This document shows, piece after piece, positions 21,782-33,656 of a stretch of DNA of 64,000 nt. Source of the DNA: Haliotis cracherodii. Lineage: Eukaryota. Made by a program: the position numbers and the translations under genes. The DNA lies in NCBI RefSeq assembly GCF_022045235.1, contig NW_027266286.1, positions 60,140,001 through 60,204,000 on the forward strand. The letters run 5' to 3'. A model generated the notes under the pieces. It worked only from the letters and a program-made list of their open reading frames with translations, was not told where the DNA came from and ran no database searches. Numbering within the stretch: the first letter of the stretch is position 1; each line of letters opens with the position of its first letter.

Positions 21782-24299
21782 AAGTAGTAGTAGTAGTAAG
21801 ATAAATTACAAGTTAGACAACTCTTAAACACTTCGTTTATGGCAGGATTCTGCTCATTTAAATCTTATTTTAAAAATATACTATATTTGGAACAACGCCT
21901 GCAAATGAATCAGTTAAGCCATGGTTTCAGTTGAGCACGTAAATGTTTAATGGTACCTCGGACAGTCCTCCAGAAGATCATCCTGGGAGCCCGGAAGTGG
22001 AATGGGCCGCGAGCAGGGTTGACGTTGCATCGCTTCTTTAGGAAGTCCAGGTACTTCACTGTAACATTCAGGTCAATCAGGGTAAGAACGGGTCAGTATC
22101 ACTATTACACCACTATGGTATATCTATAAACGTATACAATGGTATTTATAAGTACATGTGTAATATTTGCATAGATTCCATCATGGATCCAGCAGAGTTT
22201 TAAAACAATAGTTTGTCTAAAAATCTTAGCAAAAATTCTTTGAAAGCTTATTGCATTCATATTGTAATATACTACTTAACATTTGCTAAGGGCCAAAATA
22301 GTGTGGTCCTCAGAAAATGTTTAGTCTTTTATCAATGTAATATTCATATGACATACACTTGAACAAATGTTAATTATAACAAAGGTACTGCCATTAAAAC
22401 AGCAATATACCACATGCATTCCAGATGCAACTTGAAAATCACTAAATTCAAGAACTTGTGTTTATAACATGATAACAAGGATGTTAGTGAAATGGACACC
22501 ATTACAGCAATGTCATTATTACAACAAATTGGATAAAAAAACTTACATTTGTTTCTGTAGAAGTTGCCAGATATGCAGATACCTTCACATCGTACAATAA
22601 CAACTCGCTGACCTGGAAAAAATATATGTTATTAAATTTAATACTCCATCATTTTAGTTTGGTACTGGTTCGGTTTCAGTCTGACAACTGAAAACTCTAC
22701 ATTAGTTTGTTCTAATAAAGTATGCAACTATAAACATTTTTATGCATTTTCTAGTTTATGAAAGTATATTTCTCTAATGCAATACCAGGGCAATAGGCAT
22801 AGCGCTAATATCCAAAAATGAAAATATATTCACTCTTTCAATAAAATAAACAACTTAAATAAAGAATTTCTATACTGAATAATCACATTTCCTCAGGTCA
22901 TAGGTGTCGTCACCCTTTCAGACAATGTAGGTAAAGTCATCACTGGATGGGATATTCAGTTTGGTACCAAAAAAACTTCTGTCAGCGTTAAATATCAGGA
23001 CTGTTGTAGGTTACAGTTATGATAATAGCAGCAGAGATGTGAAAAAGTTAATGACTTGACCGCCTGTAGAACTGTTGAATATTTACCTTGTAGTAGTGTC
23101 TTGGCAACAATTGAGGCCAGACGCCCGAGCAGATGCCCTCGGGCATCAATCAAAATGGGCTGAAAGCAAAACAATCAACCATCAGTTTCATTACCACAAT
23201 ATTAATAAAAGTGCATGAGGTGGATTGGTCATAATCTAGTGGCATGGACAAATCTTTCAGGTTTGGGAACTTCAACTTGAATTATTTTTTAAAAAAAAGA
23301 CTTTAAGTTTGTAATCAAGGTAATGTTATTGATCAAATAGTTGACCACTAAATATGATTCATGTTCATACAGCCCTACAGGTAAAAACAAGACCCATTAT
23401 GACTTCCACTACTCTGGGAGCGGGATACAAATTGCCTATGACCATATAAAGTTTAAGGTATTCTGAGTGCCATCATTATCATTCAGGAAAATAAATGCTT
23501 CAATTGATGCTGCATCAATGTTGCTTAAAATTCACTTTGAATTAAAAAATAAACATTTGTTGTGATAAGTGATGAAAAATGAGGTATGAGCATTAATATA
23601 CTCACCAAAAATGTTTGAGATCATTAATATTTTATGGGAATTTGTTATTGTGAAATTGTGAACTCAGTTTCACTACAAAAAAATATCCCCAAAAGTATTC
23701 AGGATACAAATAAAGAGCGATAAATATAAAGCTTGAGGTTAAGACGTCCATTCAAATAGACTTTATGTTCCTGTTTTGCAAGGATTTCTCGAACATCTTG
23801 TTCGCTCAAAGGTGAAGATTTCAGCAATACATGATATGGTAAACGGATTCTGCTACAGATAACCGCTATGTATGGGATATCTTATAACATGACCAGCTGA
23901 AATAGCACAAGTTACCTCTCCTTTATAAACTCATTTGTGAAACGTATTCAGACATTCACATTAACCCTACATCAAAGCTAACTGACGAAAAGGTGAACTG
24001 ATTTATACACTTTCTGGGTGATACAAATTTTGGAAAGAAATATTGCTCGTCTATTCCTGACAAAACTATTTTAAGTGTGAAATACACTCATATCATTTTG
24101 TATCCTATATACACGTGGGTTATAATGCCTTTCACCGAGCATTACACGTACGACGGAGCTTTCATCTTAACATATTGCACTAGAGCCGGTCATAATGTTG
24201 ATTTGCTGTGTACGGGGCAACTTTTCTCGGTTCCTGTGGGGTCCAAACTGACAAAAAATGTAGCACACTGCCGTCATATACCTTGTTCTGAAAACCCAT
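13470..24299 (-). CDS. RPL13A: 60S ribosomal protein L13a (uL13), 203 aa. Exons 24282-24299, 23087-23159, 22547-22612, 21957-22058, 15235-15380, 14569-14691, 13470-13553
   Basis: Spliced translation [26 protein letters not shown]...[40 protein letters not shown]...GMLPHK...EVGW...FGYQ*. 612 nt, all GT-AG; AATAAA at 13453-13448. Confidence 0.97.
14182..14261 (-). ncRNA. SNORD33: Box C/D snoRNA, divergent SNORD33-type (RPL13A intron 6)
   Basis: Box C GTGATGA, guide ACATGCACTACCA before box D CTGA, 9-bp terminal stem; lacks the D' guide of the other copies. Confidence 0.8.
14756..14838 (-). ncRNA. SNORD33: Box C/D snoRNA SNORD33-type dual guide (intron 5)
   Basis: GTGATGT..CATCCCATAGCGTT-TTGA..TGATGA..ACATGCACTACCAT-CTGA; stem GCTTGTC/GACAAGC; ~65 nt from the 3' splice site. 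Confidence 0.88.
15775..15857 (-). ncRNA. SNORD33: SNORD33-type snoRNA copy (intron 4)
   Basis: Same boxes and guides; one C>T in the D' guide (would give G.U). Confidence 0.85.
16278..16360 (-). ncRNA. SNORD33: SNORD33-type snoRNA copy (intron 4)
   Basis: 83-nt copy; 3' end CACATGCACTACCATCTGAG matches recalled human U33. Confidence 0.85.
16408..16534 (-). mobile_element. Penelope-like pLTR remnant with minimal hammerhead-like motif
   Basis: Minus strand TTGACAA-stem II (GTGT/ACAC)-CGAAACGTT then AATAAA; ~21-bp inverted ends; related 3' fragment at ~49833-49873. Confidence 0.55.
16960..17090. mobile_element. Palindromic Tc1/mariner-type MITE
   Basis: ~45-bp TIRs TATACTACTCAA.../...TTGAGTAGTATA with TA flanks. 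Confidence 0.75.
17517..17599 (-). ncRNA. SNORD33: SNORD33-type snoRNA copy (intron 4)
   Basis: Identical to 16278-16360. Confidence 0.85.
17987..18069 (-). ncRNA. SNORD33: SNORD33-type snoRNA copy (intron 4)
   Basis: Identical to 16278-16360. Confidence 0.85.
18162..18237 (-). ncRNA. Box C/D snoRNA, SNORD34-related shifted guide (intron 4)
   Basis: ATGATGA..CCTTACCTACA-TTGA..CTGA with 11-bp terminal stem AGCAGTTTCTA/TAGAAACTGCT. Confidence 0.75.
18412..18759. mobile_element. TA-flanked pogo/Tc1-type MITE (copies also at 50018-50337; partial 45354-45605, 59266-59570)
   Basis: TIR TACCGTATTCGACGTAATAAGCGCCC and its reverse complement; homologous interiors. Confidence 0.85.
18887..18954 (-). 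ncRNA. SNORD34: Box C/D snoRNA SNORD34-type (intron 4)
   Basis: GTGATGA-CTTTACCTACATTGT-CCGA(D')..CTGA; guide matches recalled human U34 ACCUACAUUGU; 8-bp terminal stem. Confidence 0.82.
19488..19570 (-). ncRNA. SNORD33: SNORD33-type snoRNA copy (intron 4)
   Basis: Identical core; shares ~210 bp of flank with the 17517 copy. Confidence 0.85.
20305..20387 (-). ncRNA. SNORD33: SNORD33-type snoRNA copy (intron 4)
   Basis: Identical except box C is ATGATGT. Confidence 0.85.
20831..20908 (-). ncRNA. Second copy of the SNORD34-related shifted-guide snoRNA (intron 4)
   Basis: Differs from 18162-18237 at ~2 positions; flanks look unrelated. Confidence 0.75.
21654..21723 (-). ncRNA. SNORD34: Box C/D snoRNA SNORD34-type (intron 4)
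   Basis: Near-identical to 18887-18954; D' is CTGA. Confidence 0.82.
21727..21797. repeat. (TAG)n microsatellite
   Basis: ~23 units; the paralogous flank near 18960 has only a few units. Confidence 0.95.
22886..22949 (-). ncRNA. SNORD34: Box C/D snoRNA SNORD34-type (intron 2)
   Basis: Same box C, guide and D'; divergent 3' half with C' GTGACGA and D CTGA. Confidence 0.82.
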
Positions 24300-24306
24300 G
24301 ATGGCT

Positions 24307-24358
24307 AAAAGGCCGAGTTAGGGGGTTACACGTGGTTTTCCAGGGACAAAACGGAAGT
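24307..24358 (-). promoter_or_regulatory. RPL13A TCT/5'TOP start region with E-box and ETS motif
   Basis: CCTTTT at 24312-24307 just upstream of the ATG; CACGTG 24329-24334; CGGAAGT 24352-24358. Typical of ribosomal-protein promoters. Confidence 0.55.
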
Positions 24359-25744
24359 TGACTGGGGCCTTGTCTACTAAAATGAGTAAAAGCGATACGC
24401 TTGCGTTGCGTACCAACAGTGGAACCAGTTTAAAACGGAAGAAAATCAAAGGGAGGCTATCCTCATTCAGTGTCTAGGAAACCCGCTCGAACTTACGTAT
24501 CACCATGACTTGCATATTGACACTTTTTGTTTTATTCTTTTTAGAGAGAGATAGCAACACTTGAATGGGACAGTGAAATATATAGACAGCCAACATTCAT
24601 GTATGCCAGGAAATAAATGGTCTTCATTATTTAATTCCCATGAAGATTCCGGGCTAGAATTGGTTTTCAGCAAGAGTGAGTGAGTGTGGTTTTACGCCAC
24701 GTTTAGCAATATTCCAGCAATATCACGACGGGGGACACCAGAGATGGGCTTCACACATTGTACCCATGTCGGGAATCGAACCCGGATCTTCGGCGTGACG
24801 AGCGAACGCTTTAACCACTAGGCTACCCGACCGCCCCTCTTCAGCAAGAGAGCAAGCGGCGACTAACGGGATCGGATGGTCAGGCTTGCTGACTTGATGC
24901 ATGTCATTGTATCCCATTTGCGTAGATCGATGTTCATGGTGTCAATCACTGGATTGTCTGTTCCAGACTCGATTATTTACCGGCCACCGTCATATAGCTG
25001 GAATATTGCAGAGTGCGGCGTAAAACAACAAACAAACTAGGTCGGGGACGTGTCCAAATTTACTACCCGGCTACCCACCTCCCTATTACCCGACCCTACC
25101 CGGGTACCCGCTGTAGATATCTAGAGATAAGTACAAACTGTCCGATTTGGAAAAGTTTGACCGTAGCCCCGGCAAAATGTATTTTGATTCACGTGTAAAA
25201 CAATCTGGTCATTCACACACTGAAGTTTACTGCATGAAGTTTTATCTTTATTCAGACATATAAAAGTCAGAAGGAATGGGTGCATTGTCACCAAGAAATG
25301 GGAATATTATTCAGTTTCTGGTATAAGTCATCCGGACATGTCCCGACCAGTGGGTGACAGAGTCTGAACGAACCACACGGAGTTCTTAGTAAAAACAAAC
25401 AACCCATATAGCTAGCCAAATCGGACACAGATAAATGTTCATTTCGGTAGAATACTTAAATTAACAAACTTTCATTGATCTGTATGTGAAATTTGCTTAT
25501 CGATCCGATATTTGTTACGTAGACAAGAAAAGCGCATTTACCTATAGCAATTGCTATAATAACAAGATCAGTAAGATAAAATAACGGCCAAAAACATTTT
25601 ACCATAGTTTTTATTAACTCTAGTTTAGATAGATGCATCAAGTAAAAAGTATTGAAAAGATTAAAACCTCAACGAAATCAAAAATATACAACATCCGTTA
25701 TTGGTATGACAGTTGCCCGAATGAGATGGGGTAGCATCTGAAGT

Positions 25745-26140
25745 TCAGAAGACTGGGACAGGTTTAATCTGGACGGCTCTGATGGGCGTGCAAGGGTTTA
25801 CAGGCGTACACGAGTACGTTTTAGCGATGCATGTGTTACTCGGGGGCGTCAGTTTGGGGGTGGAATGGTAATGGTACGGGGCGGCATCACAACTCATCAT
25901 TGTTAATAACAGTTTGAATGGGGTACGCTACAGGGACGACATCGTTGAGATCATGCTCTGCCCGTTATGCAAATGCAGGGACGTAACGTCACGTTGTAGT
26001 AGTATAATGCCCACCCACATGTTGCACATGCTGTAAAGGACCTTTGAGACAGCATAACATTGCTGTACTGTCATGGCCGGTTGTTTCTCCAGACCTCTCC
26101 CCGATGTAACGTGTCTGGGATGAGATGGGTTGATGTCTAC
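25745..26140 (+). pseudogene. Decayed Tc1-family transposase fragment
   Basis: Translates as RFNLDGSDGRARVYRR...FGGGMVMV.GGI, then ...WPVVSPDLSP, with stops and frameshifts. Confidence 0.7.
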
Positions 26141-28861
26141 GACAGGACCAGAACCAGCCGCTAACGCTAGCTCCATTTGGCCAATTTTAGAATTTGGAAC
26201 ATCCTCTAGGCTGTTTTCAATCTCTGGTGTCATCAGTAACCCCCGCAGCCGCGCATCTCTCAACGCAAATGGTGTCAATACCCGATATTGACATTGTTAA
26301 TTGTGTTAGTTACACCGCCCCTGTTTTTGGGCGTCTCGCTTTGTCAATGAATTTGTTATAATCGAACACCGATCAAACGAATGGCCAAATATTATTATGA
26401 CAATCACTGGATTGTCAGGGCCAGACTCGATTATTTACAGTCATATGAAGCACAGTTACTATTCCCGCTAGTACAGATTTACAATAGTTGCAGAACGAAG
26501 TCAAGGTCACCTGAGTTAATTGTGAAATGCAGTCGTAATTCTTCCTCTTGAATACAATGCAAATAATATTGGCATTAGAGGATTTATACCATGGACTTAT
26601 TCTTCATGCACCTGTGTGATTGTTTTGCCACATTCTGAGTGAGTGAGTGAGTGAGTGAGTGAGTGAGTGAGTATGGTTTTACTCCGCTTTTAGCAATATT
26701 CCATCAATATCACGGCGGGGGACACCAGAAATGGGCTTCACATATTGTACCCATGTCGGGAATCGAACCCGGGTCTTTGGCGTGAAGAGCGAACGCTTTA
26801 ACCACTAGGCTACCCGACCGCCCCACCACATTTTGATGTCAAGGTCATGAGATAGAGAAACATTTCACTCACACCTTTTTGGTTACTCTTTCTAAAATAA
26901 ACCCAGCAAAAACAAGCATCTCCAACTATATAGTGTTATTCTCTAGGCTGCTGTTTTCTGGTCACATTCCAAACATACCTAGCCTGTGACAAAGTACAAG
27001 GGTGCTAAGTCAAAGCAAAACCTCAGTGAGTGAGTGAGTGACTGATTTTATGGCACTTTTAGTAATATTCCAGGAATATCATGGAGGGGGGACACCAGGA
27101 ATGGGCCTCACGCATTGTACCCATGTCTGGAATTGAACCCGGATCTTTGGTGTGATGAATGAACGCTTTAACCACTAGGCTACCCGACCGCCCCTAAAAC
27201 CAAAGTAGTTGATATTGGCAGTATAGACCCTTATACATTAATTAACTTCATCCACATCAAACTGCAGTTCCTCTCAGGTGATCTTCTATCAAAATACAAA
27301 AAAACACTCTAGCCCTTGTGACCACCAATAATATTCACCCAAGGTACTTCTGGGTCCCGCCAATTCCTCTGATTCAACAGTGGACAGTACCAATTGCCTC
27401 CTTTCTGCAGCCTGAACATCCCAACACTGCCCCCTTCTTCAACAGCTTTTCTTATTAAATAAGCTTCTTGGTTATTCTCCAGGTATTTCCTCGTCATTAA
27501 GCTGCTGCTGTATGTGCCCCCTCCATTCATCACACTGCTGGGCAGTTATCTCTCTCAACTTAAAGGAGCAATGGGGTAGCCCAGTGGTTAACGTATCTGC
27601 TTGTCACACTGGGTTCGATTCCCAACATGGGTACAATGTGTGATGACATTGCCATCTTCCCGAGGCAAGGGAGTTAACTGATTATAAAAGACCAAGCCAG
27701 TTTCCACCCTTGCGAACTAGGCTGGAATTATGGAGGTATACTTTGGATGGACTAACTAGTCTTTGCATAGTCCAATCAAAATCATGTACCGAAATCGACA
27801 TCCAGTTAACTCCCTTGCCTCAGGAAGATGGGACATTGCATGAAACCATAATCCCTCACTTGGTCAAAATAAATTAAATCGAGGAAACAAAAACTATTTG
27901 ATATACTTTATTTGCAATATATATACTAAAATTAAAATGCTCACAAAAACTTCAAGTCTTTCACATGGTCTTACACTCAAATGTAAGAGAGTAATAATAA
28001 TCTGATTCACAATTTACAAAAGTCAGACTACTGTCTCGACTTAGAAACCACAACAAAACAGAACAGAAAAAGGATCCTGAAAACTCACAGTCTCTCTCAC
28101 AGTCACACATCCTTCATCCAGCTCCCCAAGCTCCAGTCTGTTTACAGAGAAAGCTGCCCGTATCATGCAAACAATCTTTGTACAAGTGAGTTATTAACTA
28201 ATTTGTGCGCTGACAGTACAGAGATCACCCACAATCTTCCTTCCCTACATCTGGCCAGGAGACACAGCATGACTCCCAGAGGAATAACCGTTAACCCCTG
28301 CACCAGAGTAGGGCATTCATTCGGTATAATATATATATTTAATTCATGATGCCATACAGTAGAAAGGAAAGTAATATGTAATACATTCTTGGTACATTCT
28401 TTGTAAGTCTCTTCCTAAAATAGTACACGATTCAAAAAGAGTATCAGCAAAATAAGAAGTACATGACTGAAATCTACATCATGTATGATTGTGTTCATAT
28501 AATACATTACATGTTCAAAAGTAAATAGACTATATACATGAGATTTCAGTTTTCAGATTTTTTTAATTTTTTTTTTTTCAATATCAATAATCAATTCTAA
28601 TTTGACAAAGGTTTGAAGCAGGATTCTTATAACATACAAAACAACTTAAGACTTCCCAAGCTCTCAAGTATTTGCTGGTCACCATACAATCTTTTCAGAG
28701 ACTCTACAATTAAACAAGGAAGAATTCTCTGCAATTAAACAAGGAAGAATATTATTCTCTGTGTAAAGCTGACATCAAAAAGAGCCTAAACTTCAGCCCA
28801 AACAATGTTTCAAGAGCACTCATTTATGACACACATGACAACAACTGGATTGGCGTGGAGC

Positions 28862-31800
28862 TCAGTTGGTAGCAGCTGCCTTCTCCCCATCAGGGGAGTT
28901 TTTCACCTTGAAGTCATTTAAGGCAGCCTTGATAGCATCTTCCGCCAACACTAAAATATGAACACATTTCAGTCAGTAAAAGAGTCGACTATCATCTATC
29001 TGGAGTTAGCCTCCTCACATTATGTAACAAAAACAATATGCAACCAAACTTTGTCCTATAAGATTCAGTCTGAGTGACACTGCAATATCAAATTCAACAT
29101 GTTCAACACAAGCGTCATCAGAAGATGACAGATCCCCCGGCTCCCCAAAATTCGGAAGAACAAATCATCTGACTGTTACTTTAAGTCTAATTTCTATCTA
29201 ACCTATCCGTAAACAAGAGTAGTTATTAAGCTATCAAAACAATACCTTGGAATTGGGATTTGGAACTTTGTAATTTTATGTCAGGTACACGCCACTATGA
29301 ACTAAATTTCTAAGAATCCCTAAAAAGCAAAAGGCACCAGTTGACAACCTGGTCTTGTGTGCGCACAGTTTCAAGCAAGTGTACCTGTTAGTACAAGAGA
29401 TACAGTCCACACAAACACACCACTATGAACAGAGTCAAAGTCAAACTTGTTGTCATGGAAACAAGAATTATTTTTTTTAAAACTTCCTCAATAGCAAAAG
29501 GCACCACTTCAGGATCTGTATGACATATCTGCCAAGTTATATTGAAAGATATTTATCGTTTTATTAGTTTCACTCCAGAAACGAAATCCATCCCCCGATG
29601 AGACTAAGTACAAATTGTTTCCATGGAAATCAAGAAAAGTAAAAATGCCAAAAATCCATAAACAGCAAAAGGCACCACTTCAGGATCTGTTTGATATATC
29701 TGCCAATTATTGTTGAAAAATATTTTTACGAAATCATTACGGACAGACAGACGGATAACAGATGAGGCGACGACTATATCCTGCTGCATTATATGCCGTG
29801 GGAATAATAACAATCAGAACAAATGTATGAAGGGAAATAACCTACTAGAGCAGTGCAGCTTGACTGGTGGAAGAGACAGTTCCTTAGCAATGTCTGTGTT
29901 CCTGATTTTCAAAGCTTGATCCAACTGCAAAAAAATGTGATGGGTACACAAGGGATATTAGGGATACTGATATGAGAAAAGCACATTTTTTGTATCTAGG
30001 TTGGTGTTCAAGAACTAGTTCAAATCAAAACTAACAGTGACACTATCATGAATTCAGGATCCTTGGGAACAGAATAGGTACAAAAAATGTCAAGTCCAGT
30101 GACAACATTTTCACGTAATGACAGCAGTAGCACAATGATAACACTCTTGCCCATAAAAACACCAATATCTTCATTCTTGACAACATGGACAAAGCTTCAG
30201 TTGGCAACTTACAGTTTTCCCTTTGATCCACTCTGTAGCAAGAGAGCTGGAAGCTATCGCTGATCCACATCCGAAAGTCTTAAACTTAGCCTCAACAATC
30301 TTGCCATCATCATCAACCTTGATCTGCAAACACAGAAAGTCATGTGAAACATATTCAAACAGTTCAACAGTTATTGTGAAGTTGATGGAGTAAAGAGAGT
30401 TTGTTACACACAATGTCTGTCAACAGTAAGCATACAAGTTTACAATTCAATAACCAATGTGACAATGAAAGTTTGAAACTTGCCATGTTACCATGGTTAC
30501 AGAACCAAATTCCATCACTAAAGTGAATGAATAGAGAGTATGGACAAACAAAACCTAAACTAAACAAAAAGAGTAAGTCATCTATATCTCCCTCACATTG
30601 TCCAATCTAAAAGGCAATGATCTGTACAATCAAATGTGACAGTGTAAATTATTGGTTTGTCCACCTGCATGTCTATCATGGTCTATGTCTAGATCAGAGC
30701 AATCGTGTAACAGGGGGTTTCAAATGTGAAAAGATTATTGTGTTATTAACATACCTGCAGTTTCATTACATCCCCGCATGCTGGGGCTCCAACTAGGCCT
30801 GTTCCAACCTTCTTGTCAGCCTTATCCAAAGACCCGACATTTCTCGGATTCTCATAGTGGTCAATCACCTACAAATATACATTGTGCTTGTCAGGATCAA
30901 AATTGCTCTGGACTTTCACACAAAACTAACAGGAGCTATTTTTCATTGTTAATCAGGATACTGAGAAACTCTTAGTCTTATGTGTATGTGAAAAGACATA
31001 TAACGTTTGATGAAGACAACTTGACAACTGACTCTTGTCTGAGGAATGGAGCAATGGTACAAGTAAAAATGGCCACATATGAAGAGTGTGTGCCAAAATA
31101 GTCATCAAAACATCAAAGTGTCCATGAGTGAGTGAGTATTAGGGATGTCATGACACAGGTGTCACACGATACGACACATATCATGATACAGAACCTCAAA
31201 CATGCATATATCACATTTTGTCCAGAAAACCCTGTCATTAGACTTTGAACAGAGTACATAGATTCACTCATAAAGGTAAAGAAGGACAACTGACAACTGA
31301 CTAATACCCATCAACATGACACTGAGTCAAGTCACCTATTCTGTATGAGAAAAATAACAAGAAACAAACAAGTTTACGTATTACTGTATCATGGTTTCGC
31401 ATCCGAAAGACGACCATGAAAGTTATGAGGATTTAATAATATAGTTTGTACTTGCTTAATGATATCGATGCAAGATCAACATGGGACAATTGATTTATGT
31501 GAATCAATGCCAAATTAAGTGTATCAGCTACCGTATCATGCAAAGTTTGCAGACAATGTACCAGTGTACAAGTGAATTGTGACATCACTATGTGGTATAC
31601 TAATAATCTGTTTTTAGCAACACTCCTCAATATCACAGCGGGGGACACCAGAAATGGGTTTCACAACCCGCACCCATGTGGTGAATCAAATCCAGGCATT
31701 CAATGTTATGGGATAATACCGTAACCACTTTGCTACCCGACACCATGAATTAATTTACTTCAATATATTAAATATTGTTGAATAAATATTACATGTGAAA

Positions 31801-32901
31801 AAATAACCAAAAGAGATAGTGTTAAAGTAAAAAGTCCTGCAACCTCAGCTCATAGATTACACTGTCTATGATTTGTTTTCATATGTAGTCAATTCTTAGA
31901 TGAAAGTAAAACTATGTAAGTGTCAAATATCTCACACCTTTTCTTCTCGACGGATAATCTACAATTCCAAGTTTTGAGTAGGTTATTCTGTGTTAATCCT
32001 TATCATTTTATGAAGGTGTTAACAGAAAAATCATTGAATGTCAACCCTACAGAGAAACTTAAGCGAAGTAATCCTATTGTTAATATAACATATCATACAA
32101 TAAATTACTGACATTATGAACAAATGGGCAAAGTCATATCAAACTGTTCTCAACAGTGAAGCAATGTTGTGTCACATTCTTTAAAGTTCAACTGATGAAT
32201 CAACATGGAGAATTTTTAAACATGCTGAAATACATGTGCAGATAGATGAAATTTACTACACTCAATCTTTCCACATTTATGCATATTTGTTAATACATAC
32301 ACCCTGGTTCCAAATGCATTCATCTTTTAATCACCGATATGTGCAACAAATATTTCAATTGAAAATGGATCTGTCAAAAGTTTAAACCTGTAAACACGTC
32401 TCTATTAAAATTTTACAGCAGGAGATTTGTACAATGTACTGGCGACCAGTAGGGCCTAGAGGGTTGACAGCAAAAGCAATGCAGTGAACTGGTGCGATTT
32501 TGCAGTTAGTCTACAGGATGATGAAATTTATAGATATTCTCTGAATCAACTGATCCTTTCACATCAATTTTGATTAGTTCTAAGATTAAATCGGGGGTAT
32601 TGGCTATTGTTTAGGACAGTTGTCACATCAAAACTGAATGGTAACTGTATTAACCGTTTGATTAGCCCAAGACGGAGTAGGTGAAGATCAAGCGGACAAT
32701 AGGACAAGTTACATAACGACGTTTCTTTGCTCATAAATTACGATTGTAAGCAACATGCATCTTCCATCAACTGATTGTGTAATCGTTTAAACTGTTATCA
32801 AAATCAGTTCTTACATTCTTATGATAAAGTGCAACTGGCGTGGCATCAAACACAGACTTCAACGAATTTCCCACACGAGACGTTACTCTGAACAGCGCCA
32901 T
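28862..32901 (-). CDS. ISCU: Mitochondrial iron-sulfur cluster scaffold IscU, 159 aa. Exons 32815-32901, 30755-30868, 30213-30323, 29846-29924, 28862-28950
   Basis: Targeting-peptide-like N-terminus, then [17 protein letters not shown]...[13 protein letters not shown]...[14 protein letters not shown]...[19 protein letters not shown]. 480 nt in frame; candidate AATAAA at 27912-27907. Confidence 0.97.
29105..29810 (+). mobile_element. Helentron-associated element with internal ~165-bp tandem units (ISCU intron 4)
   Basis: Repeated AAAAGGCACCACTTCAGGATCTG units, (GACA/GACG)n tract, 3' hairpin. Confidence 0.6.
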
Positions 32902-33656
32902 GTTGGTAAGTAGGTTCTCGGCTCCCTATGCGCGCTGTCAACTTGCGCACATTGCGGTATGATAGACGGGGCCCAGCTTATCTTGTTAGTAGGGAAGAAA
33001 TGAGTACATTGTTTCAAATCGAACTTCGTAGAATAGGACATTATATTTATTTATGAAAAACATTCCGAACCATAATTCTTATCTTTTATTTTTTTATGCA
33101 TTAATTTATTTACGTTTTCCGAAAAGGCAGTAATATGATATTTTGTTAAAAGTTGAAATGAATTTAGTTACGGAAATCCTTCTAACAAACGTTTACTTCC
33201 TTACTGGTATTATTTCCAAGCAGGTGTTTTTTTTATTTACTGAAAAATACAGTGACACTATGACCATAGTTACGTATATAAATATTGACATATTAAGATA
33301 TAACTTGCAATGCTTAATACTCATTGTACGTGATTAATATATTTCACATTTTGATACCGCATGTCAAATAACAACAAAACAAGTGACAAGCACGTGTAGT
33401 CCTGTTGACACAGGCGAAGATTTTCTTGTGTTTCTCGTTATTAGATGTTAACTGCACGACATTAACGACACCAAAATAATCCAGGGTGTTCGTTTCTCTG
33501 ACTTCAAGCAGCTGACAAGTCTGTCATGTGAATACTGTGATCGTGTGATCAAGTTAAAACAGATTCAGGAAGTTGACAGTGACACTTTACACATCACGTT
33601 ATGTGTTTGTAAATGGACATGTCGTTGGTGTAATCTTATGTACATAAACTTGCATC
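32902..33656. promoter_or_regulatory. Putative bidirectional promoter between ISCU and parkin
   Basis: Divergent ATGs with 755 bp between them; YY1-like AACATGGCG at the ISCU start, TGCGC half-sites near 32929-32950, CACGTG at 33391. Confidence 0.55.

Noticed and set aside
23358-23452. Possible H/ACA snoRNA in RPL13A intron 1
   Set aside because: AGAGTA and ACA are present but I could not fold a convincing 5' hairpin; needs snoReport or cmscan.
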